Part shown: positions 55,460 to 64,000 of the stretch, piece by piece
Position numbering within the stretch: the stretch's first letter is position 1
Layout: every line of letters starts with the position of its first letter
IMG/VR virus record: IMGVR_UViG_3300025598_000021
DNA length: 64,000 bases
From: a virus
Direction: 5' to 3' (one strand)
The notes under the pieces: model-generated
Databases searched by the model: none
Seen by the model: the letters and a program-made list of their open reading frames with translations, nothing else
Told to the model about the DNA's origin: nothing
Program-made: the position numbers and the translations under genes

Positions 55460-56242
55460 TTATAATTTAAATATGTCTAGCTCGGCCGTATCTTTATCTA
55501 TAAGGAAAGAGACCATAGAGTATCTCACAGTATGCTCAGGCCACTCGTCTGGATAGAAGTTCGGCGCGTGAAAGTTTCTACCACAGTACACCACTGCGCT
55601 GTTGTACTCACTCGGCAGAGCCCCGTATCGCTCCCAGTGTTCGCTGTCTCTTATGCCGGTCCACGGCACGTCGGTAAACTGGTCGTACTTTAGCAGCTTG
55701 TGAAGCAGCGTGTAGTCGTCTTCAGGAATGCTAGCCGAGTCAAAGTACTCTCTGTCTTCTACCTTAAATTTATACAGTCCTGTACCGCAGTCCGGCATGT
55801 CTTTAGTCAACCATAGATTGGCCACGTAGTGCAGCGGGTCGTAGTGCGGCATGTCCTTGGCTAGCATTCCCTTATAGAATATGTTCGTGCTGTTTATCCA
55901 CTCATAGGACTTAATGACCGAGGTGTCTCCGGTCATCACTCGATAGGCTCTAGTCCACAGCGCAGTCAGAAGACTAAAGTCAAAGAAGTTTAAATTCTGT
56001 CTAAACCCTGGATTCATGAAGCGAACTGAGCCGCCGTACGCGGGATATCGCTTGAGGATGTTGATGAACATCTCTGGATTCTGAAGTACGTTCTTGATGA
56101 CGCAGTACTTCATCCTACTGACTGGATGCTCCATATATGAGAAGTGTATGTTAGGACTTATCTTAAACGCCTCCACCATGCTCATCCTGTCGATGGCTGC
56201 GGAGAAACCGTTTAGATTAAGTAGGTCTAACTCATTCATCAA
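55460..56242 (-). CDS. Oxygenase-like protein (DUF6445 / 2OG-Fe(II)-like)
   Basis: IKNVLQNPE, PHYD, CGTGLY, YNSAVVY..FHAP..R. Confidence 0.6.
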   Translation of the reverse strand: MMNELDLLNLNGFSAAIDRMSMVEAFKISPNIHFSYMEHPVSRMKYCVIKNVLQNPEMFINILKRYPAYGGSVRFMNPGFRQNLNFFDFSLLTALWTRAYRVMTGDTSVIKSYEWINSTNIFYKGMLAKDMPHYDPLHYVANLWLTKDMPDCGTGLYKFKVEDREYFDSASIPEDDYTLLHKLLKYDQFTDVPWTGIRDSEHWERYGALPSEYNSAVVYCGRNFHAPNFYPDEWPEHTVRYSMVSFLIDKDTAELDIFKL

Positions 56243-56486
56243 TTATCTCATAGGTCTGATCGAATATCGCAGGAGCGCACGGATAGAACTCGCCGGCTAC
56301 ACCCTTGATTATGTAGTCGTGGAGTCGCGCGGTCATGACTCCCTCTAGCGTCATAATCTGTATATATGGCTCAAAGTTATCGTCGCGCTTGATGAGCAGA
56401 CCCTTACACCACTTTGCTACAAAATCATAGTTCTCTATAGTGAGTCTATGAGCCTCGATCTCTACCGGTTTCTTTCGCGCCCTCAT
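56232..56486 (-). CDS. Conserved small phage protein
   Basis: RKKPVEIEA, TLEGVM, DYIIKGVAGEFYPC..IF..TYE. Confidence 0.8.
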   Translation of the reverse strand: MRARKKPVEIEAHRLTIENYDFVAKWCKGLLIKRDDNFEPYIQIMTLEGVMTARLHDYIIKGVAGEFYPCAPAIFDQTYEIIDE

Positions 56487-57508
56487 GCCTTACTCCACTT
56501 CTGCAGCGCCAACTTGGCTGCCAAATCGCTGTACGTGTTCTGTTTAATTATATGACCGATAAAGTCGGTGCTTAGACCGGCTAGAACCATGTCGTTGACG
56601 TCTTTGTGCTCCATGTTATCCGGCCATATGACCACCTTATACCCGTTCATGATCGCCTTGTCTATCTTCTTAAACGTCTCTCTAGATCTAGGCTCGTTGT
56701 CATAAACTATCACCAGCTGAGATCGATCAAACCCGCGAACTGCAGATATAAGATCGCCACCTGCAGTTGCAATACTATTGTCAACAAACATAGAGTCGAT
56801 CGGACCTTCCAAGACAGGAATGAGTCTTGCACGATCAACATTGTCGAGACCGAAGACTTTAGGTACGTCATCGCGCAGTACAATTGTAATGTACTTAACG
56901 TGTGAGTTCTTTTTAAGAGATCTTCCTTGGAAGGCATGCACGGTCTTATTAACGTCCAGAAAAGGTATAAGAAGACGCGTCTCATCGTGAGCCAGAGACT
57001 CAGCTGAAAACTTGTCGGGAAGAAGAGTATTGACATAGTGCATAAAATTAGGACAGCAGAAAAGTCTTGCATGGTAGGCATTAGGTATCTTTCTAGATTC
57101 AACAAACTTTTTCATCGGATGATCAGCGGAAAGCTGAGACACCTTCTTTAAACCCTTCAAAGGACCCGATGACATGAACACCGGTTTCTTCATCTTTTCT
57201 ACAAACTTCTCGTACTCGTCCTGCTCTTTAGTCTTAGTGCCGGCCAGTCGCTCGAGTCTAAAGTCGTTGTACAGGACCTGATCTACCGCCTTGATGAAAT
57301 TCGGCACAGACAGGGTTATAGAGCAGTTGTGGCAGTAGTATACGGACTTTCCCTGTTTCTCGATTATGAAACCACGAGCCTTACTGCTTACCCTCTTTGA
57401 GTCTCCGCAGATAGGACATGAAAAGTTATACATACTTCCGGACTTCCTCTTGAAGTTCCGTAAGCGACTGCTCAACAACCCTATGTACTTATGTTCTAAC
57501 CAATCCAT
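56483..57508 (-). CDS. gp61: DNA primase gp61
   Basis: CPICGDS..CHNC zinc ribbon; EGPIDSMF; YDNEPR; KDVNDM. Confidence 0.95.
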   Translation of the reverse strand: MDWLEHKYIGLLSSRLRNFKRKSGSMYNFSCPICGDSKRVSSKARGFIIEKQGKSVYYCHNCSITLSVPNFIKAVDQVLYNDFRLERLAGTKTKEQDEYEKFVEKMKKPVFMSSGPLKGLKKVSQLSADHPMKKFVESRKIPNAYHARLFCCPNFMHYVNTLLPDKFSAESLAHDETRLLIPFLDVNKTVHAFQGRSLKKNSHVKYITIVLRDDVPKVFGLDNVDRARLIPVLEGPIDSMFVDNSIATAGGDLISAVRGFDRSQLVIVYDNEPRSRETFKKIDKAIMNGYKVVIWPDNMEHKDVNDMVLAGLSTDFIGHIIKQNTYSDLAAKLALQKWSKA

Positions 57509-57513
57509 AATAT

Positions 57514-57568
57514 ATCCTAGTATTAATGTGTCATAGACTATTATACTAGGATTTTATAAATCTGTAAA
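57514..57568 (-). promoter_or_regulatory. sigma70 promoter for primase with an inverted repeat pairing the -10 region to the RBS
   Basis: TTTACA-N17-TATAAT (57540-57568); 10-bp inverted repeat at 57514-57523 and 57543-57552. Confidence 0.7.
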
Positions 57569-57574
57569 CAAAAA

Positions 57575-57949
57575 TTAATGTAAGTTGAGGATTCTTAGTA
57601 TGCTAGGACCATAAGCCATTATAAACGCAACGACTGCCAGACCACCACCGTACTTCCACATGATCTTTTCCATGTCGGCTATCTTCTCAGATAGGCGCTC
57701 GGTCTGCTCTACGTTCTGCTGCTTTATGGTCTCTAATTTGTCGTTGATTGTTTCGAAGCGAAGTTCTAACTCTTCCCTTCTTCTCTCAGCTGATATCTCT
57801 ACGTTATTCAGCTGCTTTTCTTGGTGATTGAGCCTCTGGTCGTGGACTGCAATCATCTTGCTGAGATCTGAAGATATGCTCGTGAGTCGATCTACGACTT
57901 CCTCGAGTCTATCCTGTCTTCTCTCGTAAGTAGAATAATTCTCTGGCAT
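57575..57949 (-). CDS. Coiled-coil protein with C-terminal TM helix
   Basis: MIAVHDQRL coiled coil; WKYGGGLAVVAF hydrophobic tail. Confidence 0.7.
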   Translation of the reverse strand: MPENYSTYERRQDRLEEVVDRLTSISSDLSKMIAVHDQRLNHQEKQLNNVEISAERRREELELRFETINDKLETIKQQNVEQTERLSEKIADMEKIMWKYGGGLAVVAFIMAYGPSILRILNLH

Positions 57950-57955
57950 TAGTGA

Positions 57956-58486
57956 CTACCTCTTGTCTGATTTTCTGTCGTTCTTATAGTCACTACCTAT
58001 AATGTCTCTCAGACCCTTTACTTTATTTATAATAGGCTTTCTCTTTAACATTGGTTTTAATAGTGGATCAAATCCTTGTATAGGACCGGAACTAGACGCG
58101 CCCATACCTCCAGCACCGACAGCGTTGGCCGCCATGCCGTCTTCCATCATATTCGCCTTAACGGCTTTATCTTTAAAAACATGTGGATATTTAATATCAA
58201 ACTTTCTCATCAGTCTTCCTGCCATTTCATTGGCATTATCTTCTTTCCATTTATCGCTTCCAGATTTTTGACCACAGTGGATTAGCTCGTGGGCGATGGT
58301 TCTCATGATATCTATTGGATGTCTATCGGTCACTCTAACGTATATATCTTTCTTATTAGTGTGGCCAAACGCATCCATCTTGTTCTCAGAACTACCTACA
58401 AAATGAATCTTAGGAAGCGCTTTGATGCCGAGCTCTTTAGCTGCAAACTTTATGAATAGATTTAAATGATCCATATTTGCCGGCAT
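57956..58486 (-). CDS. HExxH zincin-like protein
   Basis: RHPIDIMRTIAHELIH..EDNAN. Confidence 0.65.
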   Translation of the reverse strand: MPANMDHLNLFIKFAAKELGIKALPKIHFVGSSENKMDAFGHTNKKDIYVRVTDRHPIDIMRTIAHELIHCGQKSGSDKWKEDNANEMAGRLMRKFDIKYPHVFKDKAVKANMMEDGMAANAVGAGGMGASSSGPIQGFDPLLKPMLKRKPIINKVKGLRDIIGSDYKNDRKSDKR

Positions 58487-58878
58487 CAGACTTTCCTTAG
58501 TTTGTCTATTATTACAGAATCCATTTCTATGGCGTCAGTGACAACGACTTCTTCTTCGCCGACGTCGTATATCTTTTCTGCCATTATATTTAATAAGACT
58601 AAAAATGGTTTTATATACTTCATCTGCTTGCTGAGCTTTAGGTATAAAATCTTATTTAGTACTTCAGGCCCAAAACAATTATTGAGAACGATGATATGAT
58701 TCAGGATCAAGCGCTCCTTCAGATCATCGTTCTCAATATATCTAGTTATCAATTTTTTAATATATTTTACTCTGTTTAGATCTTCAACAAACTCTTCAGT
58801 GGTATAGTATCTCTTACCATTATAGTGTTGAGCACAGAATACAAGATAGTTATCATTAGTCAACTTTTCATTGTTCAT
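58486..58878 (-). CDS. Conserved T4-like hypothetical protein
   Basis: EFVEDLNRVKYIKKL, LKERLILNHII. Confidence 0.8.
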   Translation of the reverse strand: MNNEKLTNDNYLVFCAQHYNGKRYYTTEEFVEDLNRVKYIKKLITRYIENDDLKERLILNHIIVLNNCFGPEVLNKILYLKLSKQMKYIKPFLVLLNIMAEKIYDVGEEEVVVTDAIEMDSVIIDKLRKV

Positions 58879-58897
58879 TATATTTTCTTATTTGTTA

Positions 58898-60148
58898 TTA
58901 AATACCAATAGCCATCCAGTTCACAGCGGTGTTTGTCGTACTATTAGCCACAAGAGTAATGGCAGTAGAGTTAGCGGTCGTGACTGCAATCGAAGAAGCT
59001 GTCGTGTTCGTCGTAGCAGTTACAGAAAACACGTTAGTCGTAAATGCCGCGCCGGTAGCAGTTGCAAACGTCGTAACGTTAGCCGTTGAGTTAACGGCTG
59101 CTATGGTTCCCCACTGTAGCATTAGACCGTTTGGAAGTCTTGAGTAACCGTTAGCGAGAGCTGCAGTATGACCCGCTACGTTCGCCGTACCAAGATTGAA
59201 CGTGTTTGTGGTAATAGTGGCGTTAGCCGCGCTGATCGTGCCGATACCTAAAGACGTACACGCGCTGGAGTTACCAACTACTATCGTTCCTGAACTTCCA
59301 GCTGCGACGTTCACGGTGAATGAAGTCGCTGTCATTGTCGAGTTGCCAGTAGGTGAAACTATAGATTCTGCTGTATTATTACCAACTCCGTAGTATGTTG
59401 AGTTGCCAGAGTAGAAGTGACTTGAGTTTGAGAACGAATTAACTGTCGTATTACCAATTGTTATCACAGAAGAGTTAACAGTGACACCACCCGTGGCAGA
59501 ACCGCCGCCGGCACCTGTCTGGATATTAGTATTAACGGATAACGCAGTAGCGTTTAACTGCATCATCTGAGTGACACCGACACCACCGGTGTAGAACGTC
59601 ATAGTATCACCTGAACCAGCGCTAACACGACCGTTGTTGGTGACATAGTCGACTACGATACCGTCTGTATATGTGCCGTTGAACTGACCAACTGAGTATA
59701 CGCCGTTCGTGGTCTGAACTAGACCATTAGTGATGAACGTGTTAGTAGTAGTGTTACCAAAATACGCGCTGTTAGCGAGTAGGTTAGCAGAGTGTGTATA
59801 CACACCGGTGATAGTATAGTTACCGGTAGTAGAAACTACGTTGGCAGCAGGAGTAGAGCCAACGTAGTTAGTGTTGTTAGAGGTGAGCGTTAACACGTTT
59901 GCAGTTATAGTAGTCAGCGATATGTAATTCGCTAGATTAGCTGCTAACTGCGTGTTATTAGGATAAGTCGCGTTAATATCTTGATTTATTACCATCAAAG
60001 CGGCATTAACGAAACTATTGACAGTAATAGTACAAACAGAGGCGTTGACAGTAGTACACGCCGCGTTGTATAATACCATTATTCGATCTGTATTCGCAAC
60101 AGTCGTCGTAACTGGTAGTTGTGATACTTTAAGACTATTATCTGTCAT
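58898..60148 (-). CDS. Tail-fibre-like virion protein
   Basis: T/N/G-rich beta repeats; C-terminal GYSRLPNGLMLQWG..WMAIG domain. Confidence 0.75.
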   Translation of the reverse strand: MTDNSLKVSQLPVTTTVANTDRIMVLYNAACTTVNASVCTITVNSFVNAALMVINQDINATYPNNTQLAANLANYISLTTITANVLTLTSNNTNYVGSTPAANVVSTTGNYTITGVYTHSANLLANSAYFGNTTTNTFITNGLVQTTNGVYSVGQFNGTYTDGIVVDYVTNNGRVSAGSGDTMTFYTGGVGVTQMMQLNATALSVNTNIQTGAGGGSATGGVTVNSSVITIGNTTVNSFSNSSHFYSGNSTYYGVGNNTAESIVSPTGNSTMTATSFTVNVAAGSSGTIVVGNSSACTSLGIGTISAANATITTNTFNLGTANVAGHTAALANGYSRLPNGLMLQWGTIAAVNSTANVTTFATATGAAFTTNVFSVTATTNTTASSIAVTTANSTAITLVANSTTNTAVNWMAIGI

Positions 60149-60159
60149 TTATATACGCC

Positions 60160-60906
60160 TTATACGCCTGGGAATAGTGTATTATCAGAAGTAGCATCTG
60201 CTACAGTAGCTGGAGTACCATAAGCGGCAGTCTGAGCACCGAGCGAACCGAATGCAACTAGTGTTTCATGGTGAACGCGACCTGCGCGACCACCTGCAGT
60301 AACAGTAAAGTAAGTAGTCACAGTATTACCAGCAGCAGTACCGCCGGTAGCATTTGTTACGAACAGGTTTGTTGTTGGAATCGTTGCTAAGTTGAATCCA
60401 AAGCCAGGAGTCGTTAGAGTCAAAGAAACGTTACCGCCAGTAGCGTTTGTTGAGATGCTGAACTGCGCATTACCACCTGCGACTGGTGATTTTGCGACTA
60501 GAACGTCGTTGTTGTTATAACCAGTTCCTGTGTTTGTATAAACGCCAGAAACAATTGGACCTGTACCAGCGCGGCGTAGGTTCCAACCGCAGTGGGCTCC
60601 GTGCTCGACTGAGTTATTTAAGTTGTTGTTTGCCTGCTCTGTAGCTGATACACCAAATACGCCAACAGCCACGCCAGGAATAAATGCGCTTGGTGTTGTG
60701 TTGTTGAACATAGCGACGTCTACGTTTGCTCTAGAACCGGCTGACGTGTTACCAAAATGCGCATTAGCTCCATTAACACGAACAGAGGCGACTTCGCCGC
60801 CGCCTTTAATCAAAGCCCAAGTTCCAATTGGTGCTCCGTTTGATGATTCAGTCGTAGTAGTGCTATTAGCAGTTACTGACTGATCGTTTCTACCCCATTG
60901 TGCCAT
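60160..60906 (-). CDS. Virion structural protein
   Basis: MAQWG start, T/G/N-rich, GRVHHETLVA motif; AAGGAG RBS. Confidence 0.7.
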   Translation of the reverse strand: MAQWGRNDQSVTANSTTTTESSNGAPIGTWALIKGGGEVASVRVNGANAHFGNTSAGSRANVDVAMFNNTTPSAFIPGVAVGVFGVSATEQANNNLNNSVEHGAHCGWNLRRAGTGPIVSGVYTNTGTGYNNNDVLVAKSPVAGGNAQFSISTNATGGNVSLTLTTPGFGFNLATIPTTNLFVTNATGGTAAGNTVTTYFTVTAGGRAGRVHHETLVAFGSLGAQTAAYGTPATVADATSDNTLFPGV

Positions 60907-60941
60907 AATTGTTTTCTCCTTTGAAGTCTTTTTATTCTTAT

Positions 60942-61154
60942 TTATTCATTATCCAAAGTCAGCATGTCGAGTATGTACTGCGACTGCCTAGAAATCTTCT
61001 TCTCTTTGCCATCAACGATCAATATGCCTTCACTGACCTTATCTAATTTCGTCTTTGGCACTTGAGAGACCTGTTCAAGTGGTATCAATGGTGGTAGTTC
61101 TGGCTCTACAGACTTATTACCACTCGATATAACAGTATTAGCAATTATAGGCAT
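60942..61154 (-). CDS. Hypothetical protein
   Basis: TAATG-coupled to the upstream gene. Confidence 0.6.
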   Translation of the reverse strand: MPIIANTVISSGNKSVEPELPPLIPLEQVSQVPKTKLDKVSEGILIVDGKEKKISRQSQYILDMLTLDNE

Positions 61155-63259
61155 TAGAGCTTCATTCCCTTTGCACTGTCATGCATCTTGTTTACAGCTG
61201 AATGTCTTTCAGCCGGCTTAAGCGAATTCAAATGAGCCACGATTTTTCTTCCATGATCTGGCGTGATAGTCGTCTTTGATCCATCGTTGTGATGGAATTC
61301 GATATGTCTACCAGCCGCGGCCTGACCTGCAACTACTTGAATGTGCTGCTTAGGATCGCGACCGGAGTGTGTTGGAGCGTCGTCATCGGCTTTCTTCGGA
61401 CGACCACGAGCCTCATCAATATTTTCTTCTTTCACATTTTTCTGCATCTCTTTTGCTTTTTTGAAATGCCATCCACTACCAGGAACACCGGCTTTCTTCA
61501 ATCTTCGTCCAATCTCTTTGTGCTGTTCGGGTGTAGGATTTTCGATTCTACCTTTGACGAATTCATCGTAAGATAGTTTCTTATACTCTTTCTTTTCAGT
61601 TTCTTCAATCACGCTATCAGTAAGATCGCGATCTGGAACTGTAGGTCTTACTGGGTCGCCGTTTGTAGTTGTTGACCCTGCCTTCTTAAAAGAACCTTTT
61701 TGAGTAGCGTCCTTTGACTGTCCGAGCGCTTCTACGACTGAATCAAAGTGTGCTAGTTCCTCTGCTGAGAACTCAACGTCTTCTGTAGCAGGAACTTTAG
61801 CAGTTCCTGATAATTTCTTAACAGCTAACTTCTGCATAGCTCCACGACTAGCAGTCGGGCTATGAAGTTTTCTATCGATAGGAGTACCAAAATGCATACC
61901 TGTTTCTTTACGTAGCTGATCACGAACTTCGATGCCTTTATCTCGTCGAGCAGTCTCGTCTTTCTTTGACGCTACCATATATGAACCGAGTTTAGCGCCA
62001 GAGATCTCATCTACCTGCTCTACTTCTTCTTCAACTTTCTTACCGGCGCGAAGAGCGGCGAAGTCAGCAGCGTCTATCTCGTCTTTGTCACCTGCCACTG
62101 CGGCTATCTTCTTCTGCTTAGCAGACAGCTTCTTTGCGGCTTCAAAGATGTTACCTGTCTTGTCGCCCTGCAGCGCCAAGAACGAATCTATAAGTGGGTT
62201 CTTGACTTCGTCCGTCATCTCTTCTTCTTCCTTTGCTACTAGTTTTGTTCCGAATTTCTTTTGTCTTGCTTTCTCGTCTTCGTCTTTATTCACTGCGGTG
62301 GACTTGAAAGCAGTTGGCATCATGTTCAGCGCGCGACTCGTAGGATTAGCGTATGTCATCGCTGTCGTGATGGCGTGTCCAGGATCTTGGCTTATCGCTA
62401 CGTTTCCGGCGTCGTATACCTTACCAGCGTGAGCGCCTAGAGCTCCAACGACTGAAGCTACCTTTGCGATATCTTTAATCTTTCCTTCTTCGACGTGTTC
62501 TACAGACTCGGGAAGTGAATCTTTATCATTAGCTGCGCTCTTGATAGTTGGATTCCACTCTACACCAGTCTTGCCCTTTGGGTTCTTTACTTTGTCTTTA
62601 TCGTCTGTGTCTTTAATAGTCTTCTTGACCTTGGGCATCTCATCTGCTGAAGGATCGTTATTCTCGTCGTCTGCTCTCTTAGCGTCCTCGTCGATTATCT
62701 TAGTCATGATCTGACCGGTCTTATTGAGAGTAGATCCAGATGATTTAGGTCCGAAGTCTTTAAAACGCGCCATGCTCTTCACCTTGCGGCGCTCTTCAGT
62801 TCCCTTAGATACGCCATCGACGTCTGCGTATTCTGCTTCTTCCTTCATCTTCTTCTTACCAGATTCAGTAGCAGATAGAGAGCCGCAATCACCTGAAGAC
62901 ATAGCGCCGTCTGTCGATAGATCGCCTTCTTTAATCTTCTTCTTGCCGCTCTCAGTATTAAGTTGAGCGCTTACACCACTCATATCAGATGGTGCGCATT
63001 CTAGTTTAATATCGTCTGCCTGCTTCATGTTTGTGTGTGCGCCCTTGCCGGCCGCGACGTGTCCGCCGTTCTGAGACTTATACTTTCTAGTCATAAATGT
63101 AGTAGGGGTGCCCTTTGGCTTGTCGTCACCGATAGTTCCAATTCCCTCAGCGACGTTTCTGATAGCGTGCTCTAGAGAGATCTTTGGCTCGTCAGAAGGA
63201 GTAAACTTACCCTCTGCGATGTTTCTGATCAGGTGTTCTAGTGATAGTCTCTTATCCAT
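61154..63259 (-). CDS. Large modular K/E-rich protein, putative processed internal head protein
   Basis: Repeated acidic linkers (EEVEQVDE, ESVEHVEE, EENIDE), internal duplications, AT-hook-like RGRPKK. Confidence 0.65.
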   Translation of the reverse strand: MDKRLSLEHLIRNIAEGKFTPSDEPKISLEHAIRNVAEGIGTIGDDKPKGTPTTFMTRKYKSQNGGHVAAGKGAHTNMKQADDIKLECAPSDMSGVSAQLNTESGKKKIKEGDLSTDGAMSSGDCGSLSATESGKKKMKEEAEYADVDGVSKGTEERRKVKSMARFKDFGPKSSGSTLNKTGQIMTKIIDEDAKRADDENNDPSADEMPKVKKTIKDTDDKDKVKNPKGKTGVEWNPTIKSAANDKDSLPESVEHVEEGKIKDIAKVASVVGALGAHAGKVYDAGNVAISQDPGHAITTAMTYANPTSRALNMMPTAFKSTAVNKDEDEKARQKKFGTKLVAKEEEEMTDEVKNPLIDSFLALQGDKTGNIFEAAKKLSAKQKKIAAVAGDKDEIDAADFAALRAGKKVEEEVEQVDEISGAKLGSYMVASKKDETARRDKGIEVRDQLRKETGMHFGTPIDRKLHSPTASRGAMQKLAVKKLSGTAKVPATEDVEFSAEELAHFDSVVEALGQSKDATQKGSFKKAGSTTTNGDPVRPTVPDRDLTDSVIEETEKKEYKKLSYDEFVKGRIENPTPEQHKEIGRRLKKAGVPGSGWHFKKAKEMQKNVKEENIDEARGRPKKADDDAPTHSGRDPKQHIQVVAGQAAAGRHIEFHHNDGSKTTITPDHGRKIVAHLNSLKPAERHSAVNKMHDSAKGMKL

Positions 63260-63262
63260 CTA

Positions 63263-63709
63263 TTATGCCTTTGTGAAAGATCTGAGCATCCATCCGTGTT
63301 TTTGATGGGCAGTTATACGATCTTGAAGAATGTTAGAAATTCCATAGTGCTTATACTTCTCACACAACTCATATGCGTGAGTAAGAGACGCTAGTACTCT
63401 CTCGTTGTCTGCTGCTAGCTTGCTGATCATGACCAGACCGTCTGGAATGTTCTTAGCTTCTTCGATAGTAGTAAGCTCTAAGAATCTAGCCATCGATCCT
63501 GGAGAGAACGCCCCTAGAGTCCTGATATTTTCTGCAATGATATCGATGCCGTCGTTTACTTCTTCATAAAGCTCGCCAAAGAACTTATGATACTCTGAAA
63601 AGTGTGGACCAGTAACATTCCAATGGTAGTGCTGTGTCTTCACGGCGAACACGTAGCTGTCCGCAAGGGCAGCCTTCAACGCGTCTACTGGTTGAATCAG
63701 TGGAAGCAT
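63263..63709 (-). CDS. dps: Dps / mini-ferritin
   Basis: HYHWNVTGPHFSEYHKFFGELY, DIIAENIR, HQKHGWML. Confidence 0.93.
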   Translation of the reverse strand: MLPLIQPVDALKAALADSYVFAVKTQHYHWNVTGPHFSEYHKFFGELYEEVNDGIDIIAENIRTLGAFSPGSMARFLELTTIEEAKNIPDGLVMISKLAADNERVLASLTHAYELCEKYKHYGISNILQDRITAHQKHGWMLRSFTKA

Positions 63710-63999
63710 TACTTACCACCCCCGCCTGAGCTACCGCTCTTTCCTGGAGGTAGACTCTTTATAGTACCATCTGCCATTCTTATTGGAACGTTCTTGATCT
63801 TGATGTCTTTGTTTGCGGCGGCGTGGACGGTGACCTCTGAGACTTCTGTCTCTTCACAGTTCCACGCTTTTCTAGACCAGTAGTTTGCACTTGTCTTTTT
63901 ACCTAGGTTACCCTGTCCAGAAGATCTAGCGCAGTATGACTTCTTACGGGCCGGCTGATCTTTCTTGATAGACATGTTTGGATCGCCAAAGTTTACTTT
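63709..63999 (-). CDS. C-terminal part of a conserved T4-like protein (start lies beyond the window)
   Basis: Frame is open to the window edge: KVNFGDPNMSIKKDQPARKKSYCAR..ANYWS; ends GKSGSSGGGGK. Confidence 0.7.
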   Translation of the reverse strand, partial: KVNFGDPNMSIKKDQPARKKSYCARSSGQGNLGKKTSANYWSRKAWNCEETEVSEVTVHAAANKDIKIKNVPIRMADGTIKSLPPGKSGSSGGGGK

Positions 64000-64000
64000 C

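Noticed and set aside
2438-57508. Introns or inteins in terL, uvsW, nrdJ, thyX or primase
   Set aside because: The ORFs are continuous and of normal length with no splice motifs seen; both homing endonucleases are free-standing.
58898-60148. Diversity-generating retroelement or invertible fibre cassette
   Set aside because: No reverse transcriptase, template repeat, invertase or flanking inverted repeats seen in the window.
1288-63883. Many short opposite-strand or alternate-frame ORFs in the track (for example 4801-5139, 20000-20434, 61932-62432)
   Set aside because: They lie within well-supported genes and lack recognisable motifs or an evident RBS; shadow ORFs.
1-64000. Stop-codon reassignment
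   Set aside because: Core genes are intact in the standard code, TAG, TGA and TAA all end genes, and no suppressor tRNA was seen.

Overview
64 kb from the genome of a T4-like myophage. A Hyphomicrobiales/Alphaproteobacteria host is inferred only from the style of its accessory secreted proteins. The + strand (1-38141) carries the neck, terminase, tail and head module (gp13-gp23, gp3), then uvsY, uvsW, gp55, gp47 and gp46. A ~9 kb insert follows with peptide deformylase, a GNAT acetyltransferase, a DenV-like glycosylase and a cytosine-modification cluster (dCMP hydroxymethylase, dCMP deaminase, UDG-like protein, BGT-like and GT2 glycosyltransferases, atypical C5-methyltransferase). After it come gp45/44/62/regA, two tRNAs (one an unusual tRNA-Thr with anticodon AGU), a pentein hydrolase, a deaminase and an ATE/Bpt-like aminoacyl-tRNA-protein transferase. 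The - strand (38134-64000) carries an exonuclease, phoH, rnh, an apparently complete NDP-heptose operon (gmhA, hddA, glycosyltransferase, gmhB, HIGH-type nucleotidyltransferase), clpP, secreted wall hydrolases, a CAU tRNA, a denA-like nuclease, nrdJ, thyX, primase, virion proteins and dps. There are two free-standing GIY-YIG homing endonucleases, many TATAAATA late promoters and near-consensus sigma70 promoters, several coupled to RBS-sequestering hairpins. Best candidates for new biology: heptose-based hypermodification of hmC DNA, a repurposed C5-methyltransferase, an A34 tRNA paired with a deaminase, and a phage-encoded N-degron toolkit. All calls come from motif recognition by eye; no database searches were run.
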